Shown in pieces: positions 49,931 through 62,687 of a DNA stretch of 64,000 bases. The DNA is from Eledone cirrhosa. Its lineage: Eukaryota. Location: the NCBI GenBank assembly GCA_964016885.1, contig OZ024742.1, positions 175,026,001 through 175,090,000 of the forward strand, written 5' to 3'. The position numbers and the translations under genes are program-made. The notes beneath the pieces are model-generated. The model saw nothing but the letters and a program-made list of their open reading frames with translations, had not been told where the DNA came from and made no database searches. Each line of letters begins with the position of its first letter. Within the stretch, counting starts at the first letter, position 1.

Positions 49931-50229
49931 CAGAAGACCTGACTTCCCATGGGTACAAGCCGAAGCTGAAGCATAGAGACAATATGCACCCACCCCCTCC
50001 CACTGCAAAATGGGAGGGGTGGGGCATATTGGTAAAAAAGCACCCAGTACTCACTGTAAATGAGGTTGGTGTTAGCAACGGCATCCAGCTGTAGAAATCA
50101 AGCCAAAATCAGTTCCCGTATGAGCAAGACAAGGTCACCCAACCTGGCATAGCCCAGAACAGGACAACCCGTCTAACCCATGCTAGCGTGGAAGAATGGA
50201 CGTAAAACGGTGATGATGATGATGATGAT
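49930..50229 (+). mobile_element. RTE 3'-UTR fragment
   Basis: Matches 53400-53725 but carries only one 48-bp unit; (GAT)n tail. Confidence 0.85.
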
Positions 50230-50689
50230 ATACACACACACACAGACAGATGTGTATAGATCATTAATACAATATGAAGGCTAGATTTCATAACTTCTTT
50301 TATTATGTAATTTATTTAATTGTATAATGAAAGAAGTTATACAATCTAGACTTTTTATTTTATTATTAATGTATTTAACTCCGTCCTGCACAACCCATGT
50401 AATACTACATCAAAATTGGTAGAATACACACACATAACACTTAGTGCTTTTTCCTTATTAAAACATAGCTTTGCTGATTGGAGCATCACGATTACAGCTC
50501 CTGCTACCAATTAGGAATCACTCTATAAAATGTATATACCTAAACATATATGTATATACATACATAAATACTCATATATATGCATATATATATATATATA
50601 TATAGGAACGATCGACTTTCGTCAAATCGGACCGAGGGAACAATGTTTCCGTTGGTCTTTCCAATTGCTAATACTATCTATCGGTCGCA

Positions 50690-50820
50690 ACTCCAGGTAG
50701 AAGGAGCAACGTGAAATAAAGTGTCTTGCTCAAGGACATAACGCATCACCTGGTCCAGGAATCGAACTCACAACCTTACGATTGCGAATCCAATTCTCTA
50801 ACCACTCAGCCACACGCCTT
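50690..50820 (-). mobile_element. tRNA-derived CORE-like SINE head
   Basis: GGCGTGTGGCTGAGTGGTTAG..GAGTTCGATTCC..TGTCCTTGAGCAAGACACTT. Confidence 0.8.
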
Positions 50821-50854
<34 letters not shown>

Positions 50855-51299
50855 TATATATATCTATATATATATATCTGTCAGTCACACTTTCTATCGA
50901 CTGGCCTCTTCCTCGCACTTCCACTCACTCACTCTCTGCTTCTCCCCCTCTCACTTCCTCCCGTTTGACCTGTGTGGGGGTCCTTTCTCACTCACACCTC
51001 ACCCACATCAGATGGTCTGTATATATTTCTCGCCCATGAAATTCACCCAGCTTAAGCTGAATAGATATGATGTGCTTGTTTCTTCCTATCTTTCTGTTGC
51101 TATACCATTTTTGTTTGTTTAGTTTTAGTTGTCTCGCTCGCTTTACGCGATATTATTTAGCTATTGCTCGAACCAACTGGAGGTATATGATTTCAAAGCG
51201 ATGAAATACCAATGATAGTTGGAAAATCACTGATGAAGGACTAATTTTGTTCATATGAAACCCATGTGCAACCACGCAGCACTCAATTCTTCTCATATT

Positions 51300-51675
<376 letters not shown>

Positions 51676-51758
51676 GGAGGTGAGTTTTATTGTAGTACAA
51701 TAAAGCAATGCAGATATCGGATAAGAAGCACTCTACAGTTTGTGGGACTGGAGTATGC

Positions 51759-52097
51759 ATAATATAAGATCAAAAGATGGTTAAAGGAGTTCAATATATT
51801 TTATTATGCGCATTTCAAAAACAAACATCATCAAACAATAATATTTGTGTTTTCATCAGATAAAACAGGAGAACATGATATGAAGGCTAAAAAAACACTT
51901 GTTGATAGTGCAGTTATGATATGTTGATATGTTGATTTAAAACTGCACTATCAACAAGTGTTTTTTTAGCCTTCATATCATGTTCTCCTGTTTTATCTGA
52001 TGAAAACACAAATATTATTGTTTGATGATGTTTGTTTTTGAAATGCGCATAATAAAATATATTGAACTCCTTTAACCATCTTTTGATCTTATATTAT
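51759..52097. repeat. Perfect long inverted repeat, 157-bp arms, 25-bp spacer
   Basis: 51759-51915 is the reverse complement of 51941-52097; no mismatch found by eye. Confidence 0.95.
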
Positions 52098-52123
52098 ATA
52101 TATATATATATATATGCATATAT

Positions 52124-53425
52124 ATGCTCTTCCTTGTGAGGCAATTACAGGAAAAGTACCTAGCTAAAAGTAAGCCACTCTACTTGGCATTTGTCGACCT
52201 TGAGAAAGCCTTTGACAGAGTTCTACGTGCAGTAATCTGGTGGGCTCTTAGAAAACTAGGAGTAGATGAATGGCTTGTGAAAGCGGTACAAGCCATGTAT
52301 AGGGGAGCAGTCAGCAAAGTTAGGATTGGCAATGAGTATAGCGAGGAATTTAGCGTACAGGTTGGGGTCCACCAGGGCTCTGTTCTTAGCCCTCTCCTGT
52401 TCATCATAGTCCTGCAGGCAATAACGGAGGAGTTTAAGACCGGATGCCCATGGGAACTCCTGTATGCTGATGACCTCGCACTCATAGCTGAATCTATGGT
52501 AGAACTAGAGAATAAATTCCAAACCTGGAAGCAGGGACTAGAGAGAAAGGGCCTCAAAGTCAACATGACAAAGACTAAGGTCCTTATAAGTAGACGAGAA
52601 AACAGAACCCAGATCCCCTCAGGGAAATGGCCTTGCTCAGTATGTAGGAAAGGTGTAGGTAGGAACTCCATTCTTTGCCCCAAATGCAAACAATGGGTAC
52701 ACAAGAGATGTAGCGGGATCTCAGGAAGCTTAATTAAGAATGTAGGATTCACATGCAGCAGCTGTGCTGAAACAGCAAGCAAACAGCCACAGGAAACAAG
52801 TACCACCAATCTCTGGGAGGGCCCTGTAGAAACAGTAGACAGCTTCTGCTACCTAGGTGACCGAATTAGCAACGGAGGTGGGTGCTCAGAAAGTACAATA
52901 ACTAGGGTAAGAACGGGATGGAAGAAGTTTAGGGAACTACTACCACTGCTAGCTGCAAAAGGCTTCTCCCTCAGAATGAAAGGCAGACTGTATGATGCGT
53001 GTATCCGAACAGCGATGTTGCATGGTAGTGAGACCTGGGCGCTGAAGGTGGAAGACTTACGTAGATTAGAGAGAAACGAAGCCTGCATGCTCCGATGGAT
53101 GTGTAACAGTAATATACGTGAACGACAAAGCATAAATGAATTGAGAGAGAGACTGAGCATAAGAGGAATCAAATGCTGCGTGCAGGAGAGGCGGTTACGC
53201 TGGTATGGACATGTGATGCGTATGAAGGATGACAGCTGCATAAAAAGGTGCAGAGCACTAGAAGTTGATGGAAACCGCGGAGTGGGGAGACCCAAGATGA
53301 CTTGGGATGAGGTGATAAAAGCCGACCTTACCCAACTACACCTCTCAAAGTCAATGACACACGACCGTGACTTCTGGCGTCACGCAGTAATACAGGGTAC
53401 CCGACCTCCCATGGGTACATGCTGA
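52124..53425 (+). CDS. RTE reverse transcriptase C-terminal half with embedded PHD-like finger (partial)
   Basis: FVDLEKAFD, GVHQGSVLSP, YADD, GLKVNMTKTK, C4HC3 insert, FCYLG, RRLRWYGHV, GRPKMTW. The ATG is at the truncation junction. Confidence 0.92.
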   Translation: MLFLVRQLQEKYLAKSKPLYLAFVDLEKAFDRVLRAVIWWALRKLGVDEWLVKAVQAMYRGAVSKVRIGNEYSEEFSVQVGVHQGSVLSPLLFIIVLQAITEEFKTGCPWELLYADDLALIAESMVELENKFQTWKQGLERKGLKVNMTKTKVLISRRENRTQIPSGKWPCSVCRKGVGRNSILCPKCKQWVHKRCSGISGSLIKNVGFTCSSCAETASKQPQETSTTNLWEGPVETVDSFCYLGDRISNGGGCSESTITRVRTGWKKFRELLPLLAAKGFSLRMKGRLYDACIRTAMLHGSETWALKVEDLRRLERNEACMLRWMCNSNIRERQSINELRERLSIRGIKCCVQERRLRWYGHVMRMKDDSCIKRCRALEVDGNRGVGRPKMTWDEVIKADLTQLHLSKSMTHDRDFWRHAVIQGTRPPMGTC

Positions 53426-53722
53426 AGCATATAAACAATATGCCCCCCCCCCACCGCAAGGTGGTCGTGGAGGTGCCACGGCAAAAAAGCACCCAGCCCA
53501 CACTGTAAAGTGGACGTGTAGGCGCCACGAAAAAGCACCCAGCACTCACTGTAAATGAGGTTGGTGTTAGGAAGGGCATCCAGCTGTAGAAATCAAGCCA
53601 GATCAGTTCCTGTATGAGCAAGGCATGGTCAGCCGACCAGACACTGCCCACAACAGGACAACCCGTCTAACCCATGCTAGCGTGGAAGAACGGACGTAAA
53701 ACGGTGATGATGATGATGATGA

Positions 53723-53725
<3 letters not shown>
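52124..53725 (+). mobile_element. Young 5'-truncated RTE LINE
   Basis: Open RT frame, 3' UTR with two 48-bp units, (GAT)n tail, (TA)n on both sides. Confidence 0.95.
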
Positions 53726-53759
<34 letters not shown>

Positions 53760-53907
53760 TATGTATATATATATGATTAAGTTAAAGATGTACATCCATA
53801 TATGTATACTGAAATACTAGTATGTATATGAATACACACACGTATACATATGTAGATGTACCAAGTTTTTTTTTTTTTTTCACTGGTTATTTGTTTTTAT
53901 ATATAGA

Positions 53908-54636
53908 TATACGCAGACTAGAGAGGAACGAAGCTTGCATGCTCCGCTGGATGTGTAACAGTAATATACGTGAACGGCAAAGCATAAACGAACTAAGGAA
54001 AAAATTAGAGATAAGAGGGATCAGATGTTGTTTACTCGAGAGAAGGCTGCGTTGGTATGGACACGTGATGCGCATGAAAGTCGATAGCTGTATTACAAAG
54101 TGCAGGGCAATAAAGATAGACGGTAGCCACGGAATAGGCAGACCTAGAAAAACATGGGATGAGCTGATAAACTCCGACCTCACACACTTACACCTCTCCA
54201 AGACAATGTCACTGGACCGTGACCTTTGGCGGTACTCAGTAACAGAGTAGACCCGCCTTGCCAGTAGGCATCTCTAACAAACTACACCCCGTCCCGCCAC
54301 CACCCCCACCCCATCCACACCACCCCGTTCTATGTAAAGTTATGTTGGTGCCGCGCCATCCAGGCCGAAACAAATGAGATCGTGTAGGTGTCACGACAAA
54401 AAAACACACAGTCCACGCTGTAATGTGGCCGTGTAGGCAACACGGTAAAAACCTCCCAGACCCACACTGTAAATGTGGTTGGTGTTAGGAAGGGCATCCA
54501 ACTGTAGAAAACCTGCCAGACAGTCCTATGCGAGCAAGACAATCACTCTTGCCTCAAGTGGGACTACCCCCGTCCAAACCCATGCAAGCGTGGAACACGG
54601 ACGTTAAACGTTGATGATGATGATGATGATGATGAT
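53908..54636 (+). mobile_element. Second 5'-truncated RTE (sister subfamily)
   Basis: RRLERNEACMLRWMC..RRLRWYGHV..GRPRKTW; different 3' UTR variant; (GAT)n tail. Confidence 0.92.
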
Positions 54637-54640
54637 ATGT

Positions 54641-55020
54641 ATGTATATATAGTGTATTTTGCCATACACTGTATACCTAATTAAAAGCATTTTGAAGACC
54701 TTACGCTATTGTTTTAAAGTAGTGACTATGTTACTTATTTCTTTTTTCAGCAGACAAAGGGAGATAAACTGACAGATCTCTGTTTCATATTGTTTGTACT
54801 CCTCAGAGTCTAGCACTCTCTTTGCCTGCTGAAAATTATGAATGTTGAATTCTTATAGAATTCGAGTAATAATCAGGAATTGATTATACAGAGCGGTTAC
54901 CGGTCCAGCAAAAATTGAAAATTAGAATTAGTGCTCTGAAATAGCGATATATATATGAATGTATATATAGTGTATTTTGCAATGCACTGTATGATTAATT
55001 AAAAGCATTTTGAAGACCTT
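54641..55020 (-). mobile_element. Hammerhead-bearing element with 62-bp terminal direct repeats, 318-bp period (retrozyme-like)
   Basis: 54641-54702 resembles 54959-55020; hammerhead lies between them. Confidence 0.72.
54744..54835 (-). ncRNA. Extended type I hammerhead ribozyme, near intact
   Basis: TAGACT-CTGAGGA-GTA-caaacaa-TAT-GAA-ACAG-agat-CTGT-C-AGTTTA. Stem I continues after an internal loop as a 20-bp helix TTTTCAGCAGGCAAAGAGAG/CTCCCTTTGTCTGCTGAAAA. GUC site between 54771 and 54770. Confidence 0.85.
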
Positions 55021-55049
55021 GTAATTACCAATTTACTGTTCCCAACCGT

Positions 55050-57260
55050 GCAGAGAAACATGCTTTTCTGGAAAGGTAATGATGATGGGGTAGGTGGAGT
55101 AGGCATTCTTCTAGATGAGAAGTGAATAAATAAGTTAATTAAGGTCGCTAGCATTAGTGACAGAATTATCAAGCTTAGAATAGTCATAGACAATATAATA
55201 ATTGTTTTTACTTTGGGCAAAAGGCCAGCAATTATCCCAGTATATTACTGGTGCTTTATTTTATCGACATAGTAAGGAGGAAAGGGAAAGTTAACCTCGG
55301 CAGGATTTGAACTCAGACCACAAAGGGCCATAACTCTATGTTGCAAAGCATGGCATTCGACCCTCTACCAATACTGCCACTCCAAATGACAATTATTTCT
55401 AGCTATGCATCACAAGCAGGACTACATAAAGAACAAAAGGACTGCTATTATGAGTAACATTTACTTCATAACTATTAGAAAACAAGATAGACAAATGGTT
55501 ATAAAGTTAAGACTTCCCTGGCGAAGAATGCACTACCCAACATTAGTTAGTTATTAGTGACATCAGCATAAGCACAAGACAAAGGTAGTGACATGGGAAA
55601 TCTAGAGGAGTGTTTGGAAGCTAAAGGAACATCCAGTTAACTGTAGATTCAAGGTAGCTATGCATGGGGCATATAAGGAAGACGAGATAGACACATATGA
55701 CCTAGAAGGCAATTGGATGTTCCTATGTGGCAATCTGCTGCAGACAACTGACAAAGTGTGGCCTGATGTTGGCACAGCACAAAGGATAGAGCCATTAATG
55801 CCAAGAAACAGGTGTGAAAAGACTTGAAAATAGCGGCAGCAGCAACAAGTACTAGGGAGCTAAAGGTGAAGCAAGTTAACAGGTCTACATAGTATGATAA
55901 GAGTCTAAAAAAAAGGTTTGCCAATGTCTTGCAACATAAAGATCAGAAACATAAGGTGTTCTACATTGCAAGACATGTGTCTGTATGAATTAAGATATTG
56001 TTGAGGAAAAGTGAATTCAAATTGTTACCAGTGCACTTATCATAAAAAAGAGGCCTGGAAATGTCATTCTGAGAGTTTAATGAATGTGGAGAATGAATGT
56101 GGAGGAAGGGAGACTTCTTCAATCTGACCCTACTAAGAGGCCACCTATCACATTGGTAGTTATAAGATTGCAAAAAAGGAATCATGGAGATGAAAAATGA
56201 TAAAGCTGCTGGACGGTCTGAGATAGTCAGTGAGTTGCTGAAAGCATCTGGGGAAGTAGGAACTGAACTAATCACCTGAATAAACAATCAGACAATACAG
56301 GATGCAGTCATATCCAATGACTGGCAAAGCAGCATAATCAAAACTTTCTAGACGGTGATGCCCTAAAAAAGACAAATTACAGGAGAATAAATCTCTTGGC
56401 CCAAGGTATGGAAGTGGCAGAAAGCCTTCTAACTCAATAAAATAGGGAAAGAGTCAAATTAGATGAGATGCAGTTCAGTTTAATGCCAGGGAGGAGCACC
56501 ACAGATGCCATCTTTTTAATAAGATAACTACAAGAGATTTTCTTTTTTTTTTCATTTAGGGAAGGCTTTTGACAGAGTACCACGATCTGTCATTTGGTGG
56601 TCCTTAAGGACACTAGGGGTAGAAGAGTGGCTTGTGAAAGCAGTCCAAGCCATGTAGAGAGGAACTATCAGTAAAATTAGTAAGGAGTGAATTTAGTGAG
56701 GAATTCAAGGTGCATCAGAGTTCTATTCTTAGCCCACTAGGCCATAACAGAGGAGTTTAAAACTCATTGTCCATGGGAACGACTGTATGTTGATGGTTTA
56801 GTTGTCATTACTGAATCTGTGGAAGAACTAGAAAGCAAATTCTAGCTAAGGAAACAGAACTTAAAATCAAAAGAGCTGAGTTTAAACTTAGCAAAAGGCA
56901 AAGTTAATAAGTAGGAAGGAAGATAGGACCGTGATCCCATTTGGGTAGTGGCCTTGCCAACTTGTAGAAAAGGAGTAGGTATAAACTCTATGTGATGTAT
57001 ACAACGCAAATCGTTGGTAGAAAAGAAGTGTAGTGGGATAGCAGGAAAAGAAGACTTCAAATGTAATGGATATTTAGGGTCAATTGATAGTATGTATATA
57101 ATAAATGTTCAGGATCAATTGATCGTTAGAGTGCCACTGATATAAATCTCTTTCAATTCCAGGAAGGATCCATGGAAGGGGTTGATATAATTAGCTATGA
57201 AAGAGAGTGCTCTGATAGTACAGAAGCTAGAATAAGGACAGATTTTGTTTCTGTGGGTGA
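55050..57260 (+). mobile_element. Old, heavily decayed RTE LINE (EN-RT-PHD), interrupted by a family A SINE at ~55204-55385
   Basis: FWKGNDDGVGGVGILL..ISDRIIKLR; KAAGRSEIVSELLKASGEVG; DEMQFSLMPGRSTTDAIF; KAFDRVPR; CRKGVG.NS. Confidence 0.85.
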
Positions 57261-57430
57261 ATGGCAAAATAGATGTATTTTCTCAGAGTTAATTCTATGG
57301 AGTTGCATATCAACTACCAATTAATCAAAGTATCAATATTTAAAAAAAATATTCTGCTCATTGAATTGATTGAAAAACAATGGATTAATTAACTATAAAA
57401 GCTCGACTTATTTGTTTCCATTATTCAATA

Positions 57431-57468
<38 letters not shown>

Positions 57469-57669
57469 ATACGGATATTGCTACATCTATATGTAGCAAT
57501 ATCTGTAGGTGTGAAAAGAGAAAATATAAAATTGTCCTCAATCAAGAAGAGAGCGGAAATATATTATTTTTTTATGTTCATACATGGGACAATGGCACTA
57601 TACAAGGTTTCAAGGTCACTAATTTGATGCCTTTGGTATTCTGGAGGCATACACGATTGCTGTTAGTGG

Positions 57670-58025
57670 TCATAATGGTGACATTACAAAAACCACCTAG
57701 CCCACAAAGTGGTCATGTAGATGTCATGACAAAAAAATGCACCCAACCCACACAGAAAAATGGTTGTGTAGGTGTCATGACAAAAAGCAGCCAGCCCACA
57801 CTGTAAATTGGTTGTGTAGGGGTCACGACAAAAAGCGGGCAGCACACTGTAGAGTGGCTGGCATTAGAAAGGGCATCCAGCTTTAGAAACAAAGCCAGAA
57901 ACAGTTCTGTATGAGCAAGATGCAATGACCTGACCTGACCTGACCTGACCTGACTCTAATGGGACAACCCATCTAACCCATGCTAGCATGGAAAATGGAC
58001 ATTAAACGATGATGATGAGATGATG
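57670..58025 (+). mobile_element. RTE-type tail with four 48-bp units and an internal (TGACC)n expansion
   Basis: Shared tail motifs and GATGATGA end. Confidence 0.8.
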
Positions 58026-58037
58026 TGTATGTATATA

Positions 58038-58570
58038 TCTATAATATTATAAAGCTCTCTCTTCACTCTCTATATGACAAAACTCTTTTACTTTCCGTAT
58101 CTACCCTCAATATATCAACATAGAGATGAGCGTCGTATATATGTTTATTTCAAAAGCAGGTAATACATACACCAAAAGGCAACCCTTTTAGAGAGATAGA
58201 GAGTGAAAGAGACAGATTAGGAAAACTACACACTCACACATCTAAAGAGAGAGAGAGGAGAGACGAGAGAGAGAGACAGGGAAAGAGAAACAGAGGGACG
58301 GGCAAGGAGGTAATACATACATCTAAAATCATTTGGATACAAATATCATAATATAATGGTTGCAGAACGAAAATACAAAATACAGACAAATATAATAATG
58401 TATATATCCCTCACACTTTTTCTGCCATTGCTTGCATAAGTAACACACACACGCACGCACACACAAATACACATACTTTCACACCTGATTTCGCCAATTG
58501 CCAGATAACATCAAAACAAAACACACAGACACACACATACACAAACACACACACACGCATATCTATACTT

Positions 58571-58611
<41 letters not shown>

Positions 58612-58974
58612 GATCATTCACCCGCTCTATAATTTAACTGCTTTACTCTCTCTGTCGCTCTTCACTCTCTATATGACAACACTGTTTTAGTTTCCGTATC
58701 TCCCTTCAATATATACACACATAGAGAGAGAGAGAGAGAGAAAGAGAGAGATTTAGAGAAAGATTAGGAAAACTACACACACACATCAACAGAGAGAGAC
58801 AGAAAAACAGAGGGAGGCCATTAGAAAGAGAGAGATACAATTAAACTGTTAGTTTTTCAGAGAGAGAGAGAGAGTCGGAAGGACAATGTGACACGGGAGG
58901 GTGTGTGGTATCTTTGCAGTGGAGTGGTGGGGGCTGATATACCTAGCCGGACGTCAGCCGGACGGGCCAGCTAG
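58038..58974 (+). mobile_element. Non-autonomous Helitron (second family)
   Basis: 5' TCTATAATATTATAAAG; GC-rich subterminal GCCGGACGTCAGCCGGACGGGC; 3' CTAG; between A and T; internal duplication 58055-58250 / 58655-58800. Confidence 0.75.
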
Positions 58975-59052
58975 TATATATATATATATATGAAAAAAAG
59001 GAAAAGAATGACTTCACTTGTAGTTCTAAATAATTTGATTTAATTTTATAAT

Positions 59053-59639
59053 TGTTTCTACTTTTGGCACAAGGCCAGCAATTACGCAGTGCATTACTGG
59101 TACTTTATTTTATCGACCTCATAAGGATGAAAGGCAGAGTTAACCTCGGCAGGATTTGAACTCAGAATGGCAAGGGCAGTAACTCTATGCATCAAAGCAT
59201 GGCGTCCGACCCTCTACAGATAGTGCCAATCCACCACCATTTAATTTTATATTATAATATTATAAAATTAATCAAATTACTTAGTGAAGTCATTCTTTTC
59301 CTTTTTTCAAATATACGGAAATGTACCAAAGATCTCACACATTTTCCAATATATATATATATATATATATACACAAATTTAGTTGAATGCATATATTACT
59401 GAAACAATTCCTCTAAGAGTACATCTGTAATTGTTCCCATAGTGATAATATTAATCATTAAATCAAGGTTTTCAATATTTACTATCCTTGTCTTTGTATC
59501 CTGGCTACAAGATATTTGTGCACAGAATGCATTATTTCCTGCCGAGGTTGACTTTGCCTTTCATCCTTACGGGGTCGATAAAATAAAGTACCAGTAATGC
59601 ACTGGGATAATTGCTGGCCTTGTGCCTAAAGTAGAAACA
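59053..59639. mobile_element. Two family A SINEs in opposite orientation (59053-59238 minus, 59539-59639 plus)
   Basis: Second copy has TSD ATTATTTC. Confidence 0.85.
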
Positions 59640-60094
59640 ATTATTTCAGATACTATTTAGCATTGATGTAGGCAATTGGGTGTTTTTCCCTCTTGAGAAT
59701 ATCTGTTTTTTTTTATATATTCTTTCAGAATATTTTCTCACTTTCTTTGGAAATTGAATTTATTTTTGTATTTTTTTTTTGTGAAACGCTACTTAAGCAA
59801 TTTCTTTAATTTCTTTCAAATCAAAGAACTTCATAAGATACATTTCTATTTTTAGAATCCATGGCAATCTGTAGTGTAGTGAGGACAATGTTATACATTA
59901 TGGAATATCATTTTTCTTATAATTTATCTATATACTATATTTCAACATTTGACTTTTTCTTTCAATGAAGAATGAAGTAAAAGAAGAGCTGCAAGCTGTC
60001 AGTCTTTATCATAAAACAGAATAAAAGCTCAATAGAAATATCTTTCAATTCATTAATTGACTGATATAAAATCAAGTTATTTCCTGCAGTAGAT

Positions 60095-60252
60095 ACAGTC
60101 AGTAGACATACTTGTATATACACATATCTATTAAATGAGTAGCTACATAGTCAATAGAAATACTTGTATATACATATATCTTAAATGAGTAAATATATAG
60201 TCAGTAGAAATACTTGTGTATACACATATCTATTAAAACAGTAAATATATAG
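60095..60252. repeat. ~51-bp tandem repeat, three units
   Basis: AGTCA(G/A)TAGA at 60097, 60149 and 60199. Confidence 0.8.
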
Positions 60253-60387
60253 CCATATCAATATATTACTTAACCCTTTTATTACCATATTTCTAATGAA
60301 AAATATTATTTGGGATTTTCAAATAATTTTGAAAATTATTAATTTTGATGAATTTAGTTATATAACTACTTTTATTTAAAGTAGAAG

Positions 60388-61020
60388 CAGGTGATTAGCA
60401 GTATCGGTAGAGCATCAGACACAGTGCTTCGTAGGATAGAGTTATGGCCCTTTACTTTCTGAGTTCAAATAACGCAGAGGTTAGCTTTGCCTTTCATACT
60501 TGCGAGTTGATAAAATAAACCACCAGTAATGCACTGGGGTTAATGTAATCAAATTTCCCCACTCCCCCAAATTGTTGGCCTTGTGCCTAAATCAGAAAAC
60601 CTTATTAAGCAGGTAAGGGCAGCGGACTGGCAATATTGGTAGAGCATTGGACAATATGCTTTGCTGCGTAGAGTTACGGCCCTTTACATTTTGATTTAAA
60701 ATCCTGTCAATGTTAGCTTTGACTTTCATCCTTATGGGGTTGTTAAAATGAAGTACCAGTAATGAACGGGGGTCAATTTAATTGACTTTCCCCTTCCCCC
60801 AAAATTGCTGTCTTTGTGGCTAAAAGTAGAAACCTTTAATAAACAAGTGAGGGTGGTGGATCAGCAATACTGGTAGGGCATTGGACAACATGTTTTGCTG
60901 CAAGTAGTTATGGTTGAGATTAGCTTTGCCTTTCATCATTATGGAGTCAATAAAATAAACTATTAAGGTCAAATTAATTGACATTCTCCTTCCCTTCAGA
61001 ATTGCTGAACATGTGCCAAT
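60388..61020 (+). mobile_element. Three head-to-tail older family A SINEs inside a decayed MITE
   Basis: Heads near 60390, 60617 and 60850, separated by TTA(A/T)TAA(A/G)CA(A/G)GT-like spacers. Confidence 0.75.
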
Positions 61021-61424
61021 TATAAAGCTGGTGTTAGGAACATAATTTAATAAATTTCGGATTTAAAATTATAATAAATTACTTATAAATCTTACATCAT
61101 GAAGTAGAAATGAATGCTTAAAAAACTAAGATTATCAGTTTTTCTTCAAAATCTCGTATATATCTCTGGCTTTTATTAATCAAAATTATAAGCAGTTTCG
61201 TTCATTAAAAATATGGTAACTAAAAGGTTAAATCTCTATATTTCTGTATCATGTGATCAATAGTCTATTTGGGCATTGTCTACAAAATATTCTGTGGAAA
61301 CAGTACTATTAAAATACAGCATATTGGAGATATTATGTACAATGTGATACTCATTTGAATTTGTCAAATTAATAAAGTATGAGAAATTAATATTTATTAA
61401 AGAATATGTGATATTGCATTAACT

Positions 61425-61605
61425 GTATGGGGTAGCTAGTGAACTGTATGTGATATACAGTGAATTAGGTGTAAGCGAGTGAATAGTATGTGATGTCTAA
61501 TGAATAGTATGTGATATCTAATGAATAGTATGTGATATCTAGTGAATTGTACGTGATATCTAGTAAATTATGTGTGATATCTAGTAAATTATGTGTGATA
61601 TCTAG
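61425..61605. repeat. 21-bp minisatellite
   Basis: GAATAGTATGTGATATCTA(A/G)T units at 61481, 61502, 61523, 61544 and onward. Confidence 0.85.
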
Positions 61606-62512
61606 GGTATTTAAAACATAGTAAGAAAGCAGACTAATTCATGCTCTTGAGAGGTGAACTGAGAGATAAGTTGAGAAAAAAAATTAAAAAGTGGTATATC
61701 TCAACCGTAGCACCCCAAAGACAAGATTGCAAAATCACTGCCTTAGACAACAGCTAGCAACACCAACTGCATCAGCCATTCTAATTCACAATGTTTCTTC
61801 GCCATATATGATGCCTTCTTCCCAAATTTATTGTAGAAAAGGGGAGCTGTCCAGAGACTGAGGTCATCGGAGGTCTTGATACTAACTGACACAAAAAAGA
61901 AAGTGTCTCTCAAAGCCTAGTTTTAGTTATATTCTGCTCCTATGCATTATGGGTGGCAGTACCCAAGCTTGTTTGTATGAAATATCTAGGGAATTGTATA
62001 CAAATTTGGTATGAAAACTAGACTAGATGTAAAATATAGGTCCTTGAAAATCTGGTAATAAGCCTGGGTGAGTTGTGAAATGTAGGCCCCATTTCAAAAT
62101 GTTCATTAAGTGTTTTAATAATCAGTGCTAAAATATAATTAAACTAGGTTTCACTAAATGTTTTGAAATACAGTCTCAGTGACTTCTCATATTTTGCTTT
62201 GCATGGTAAAATTGTTATAACCTGTGTTAATATATGTTTATTATGACCTTTTGTTTGCTCATTATGTCACTCTGAAGTGCAAAACATAAAGTACTAAATC
62301 TTATGATTTATATATGGGGCACCAGTATACACTGATATTCCCCCCTCCATACACACGAGCACACATTTCTGTGTATATATCATGACTCATACACTGTTCA
62401 CTTTCCTGACATTTGTACATTATTCTATGTACCATACATGTATCTTTGATGAGTTGTAGTGCACCTGAACACTGCACAAAATAACTTTTCATTATTTAAT
62501 TGGCATTATTTA

Positions 62513-62687
62513 ATTGACAGTATCGGTAGAGGGTTGGACATGCTTTCTAGCATAGAGTTACGCCCCTTTACGATCTGAGTTCAAATCCCGCCAAGGTTAA
62601 CTTTGCCTTTCATCCATACGGGGTCGATAAAATAAAGTACCAGTAATGCACTGGGTAATTGCCAGCCTTGTGCCAAAAGTAGAAACA
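62513..62687 (+). mobile_element. SINE family A
   Basis: TSD ATTATTTAA; 5' junction ATTATTTAATTG is duplicated. Confidence 0.85.

Noticed and set aside
50745-50820. tRNA-like sequence with A and B boxes, also at 25020-25098 and in SINE A heads
   Set aside because: Each continues into a SINE body and lacks a proper acceptor stem, so these are SINE heads and not tRNA genes.
51228-51270. CTGATGA..GAAAC hammerhead-like spacing
   Set aside because: Stems I and III and the cleavage triplet cannot be formed.
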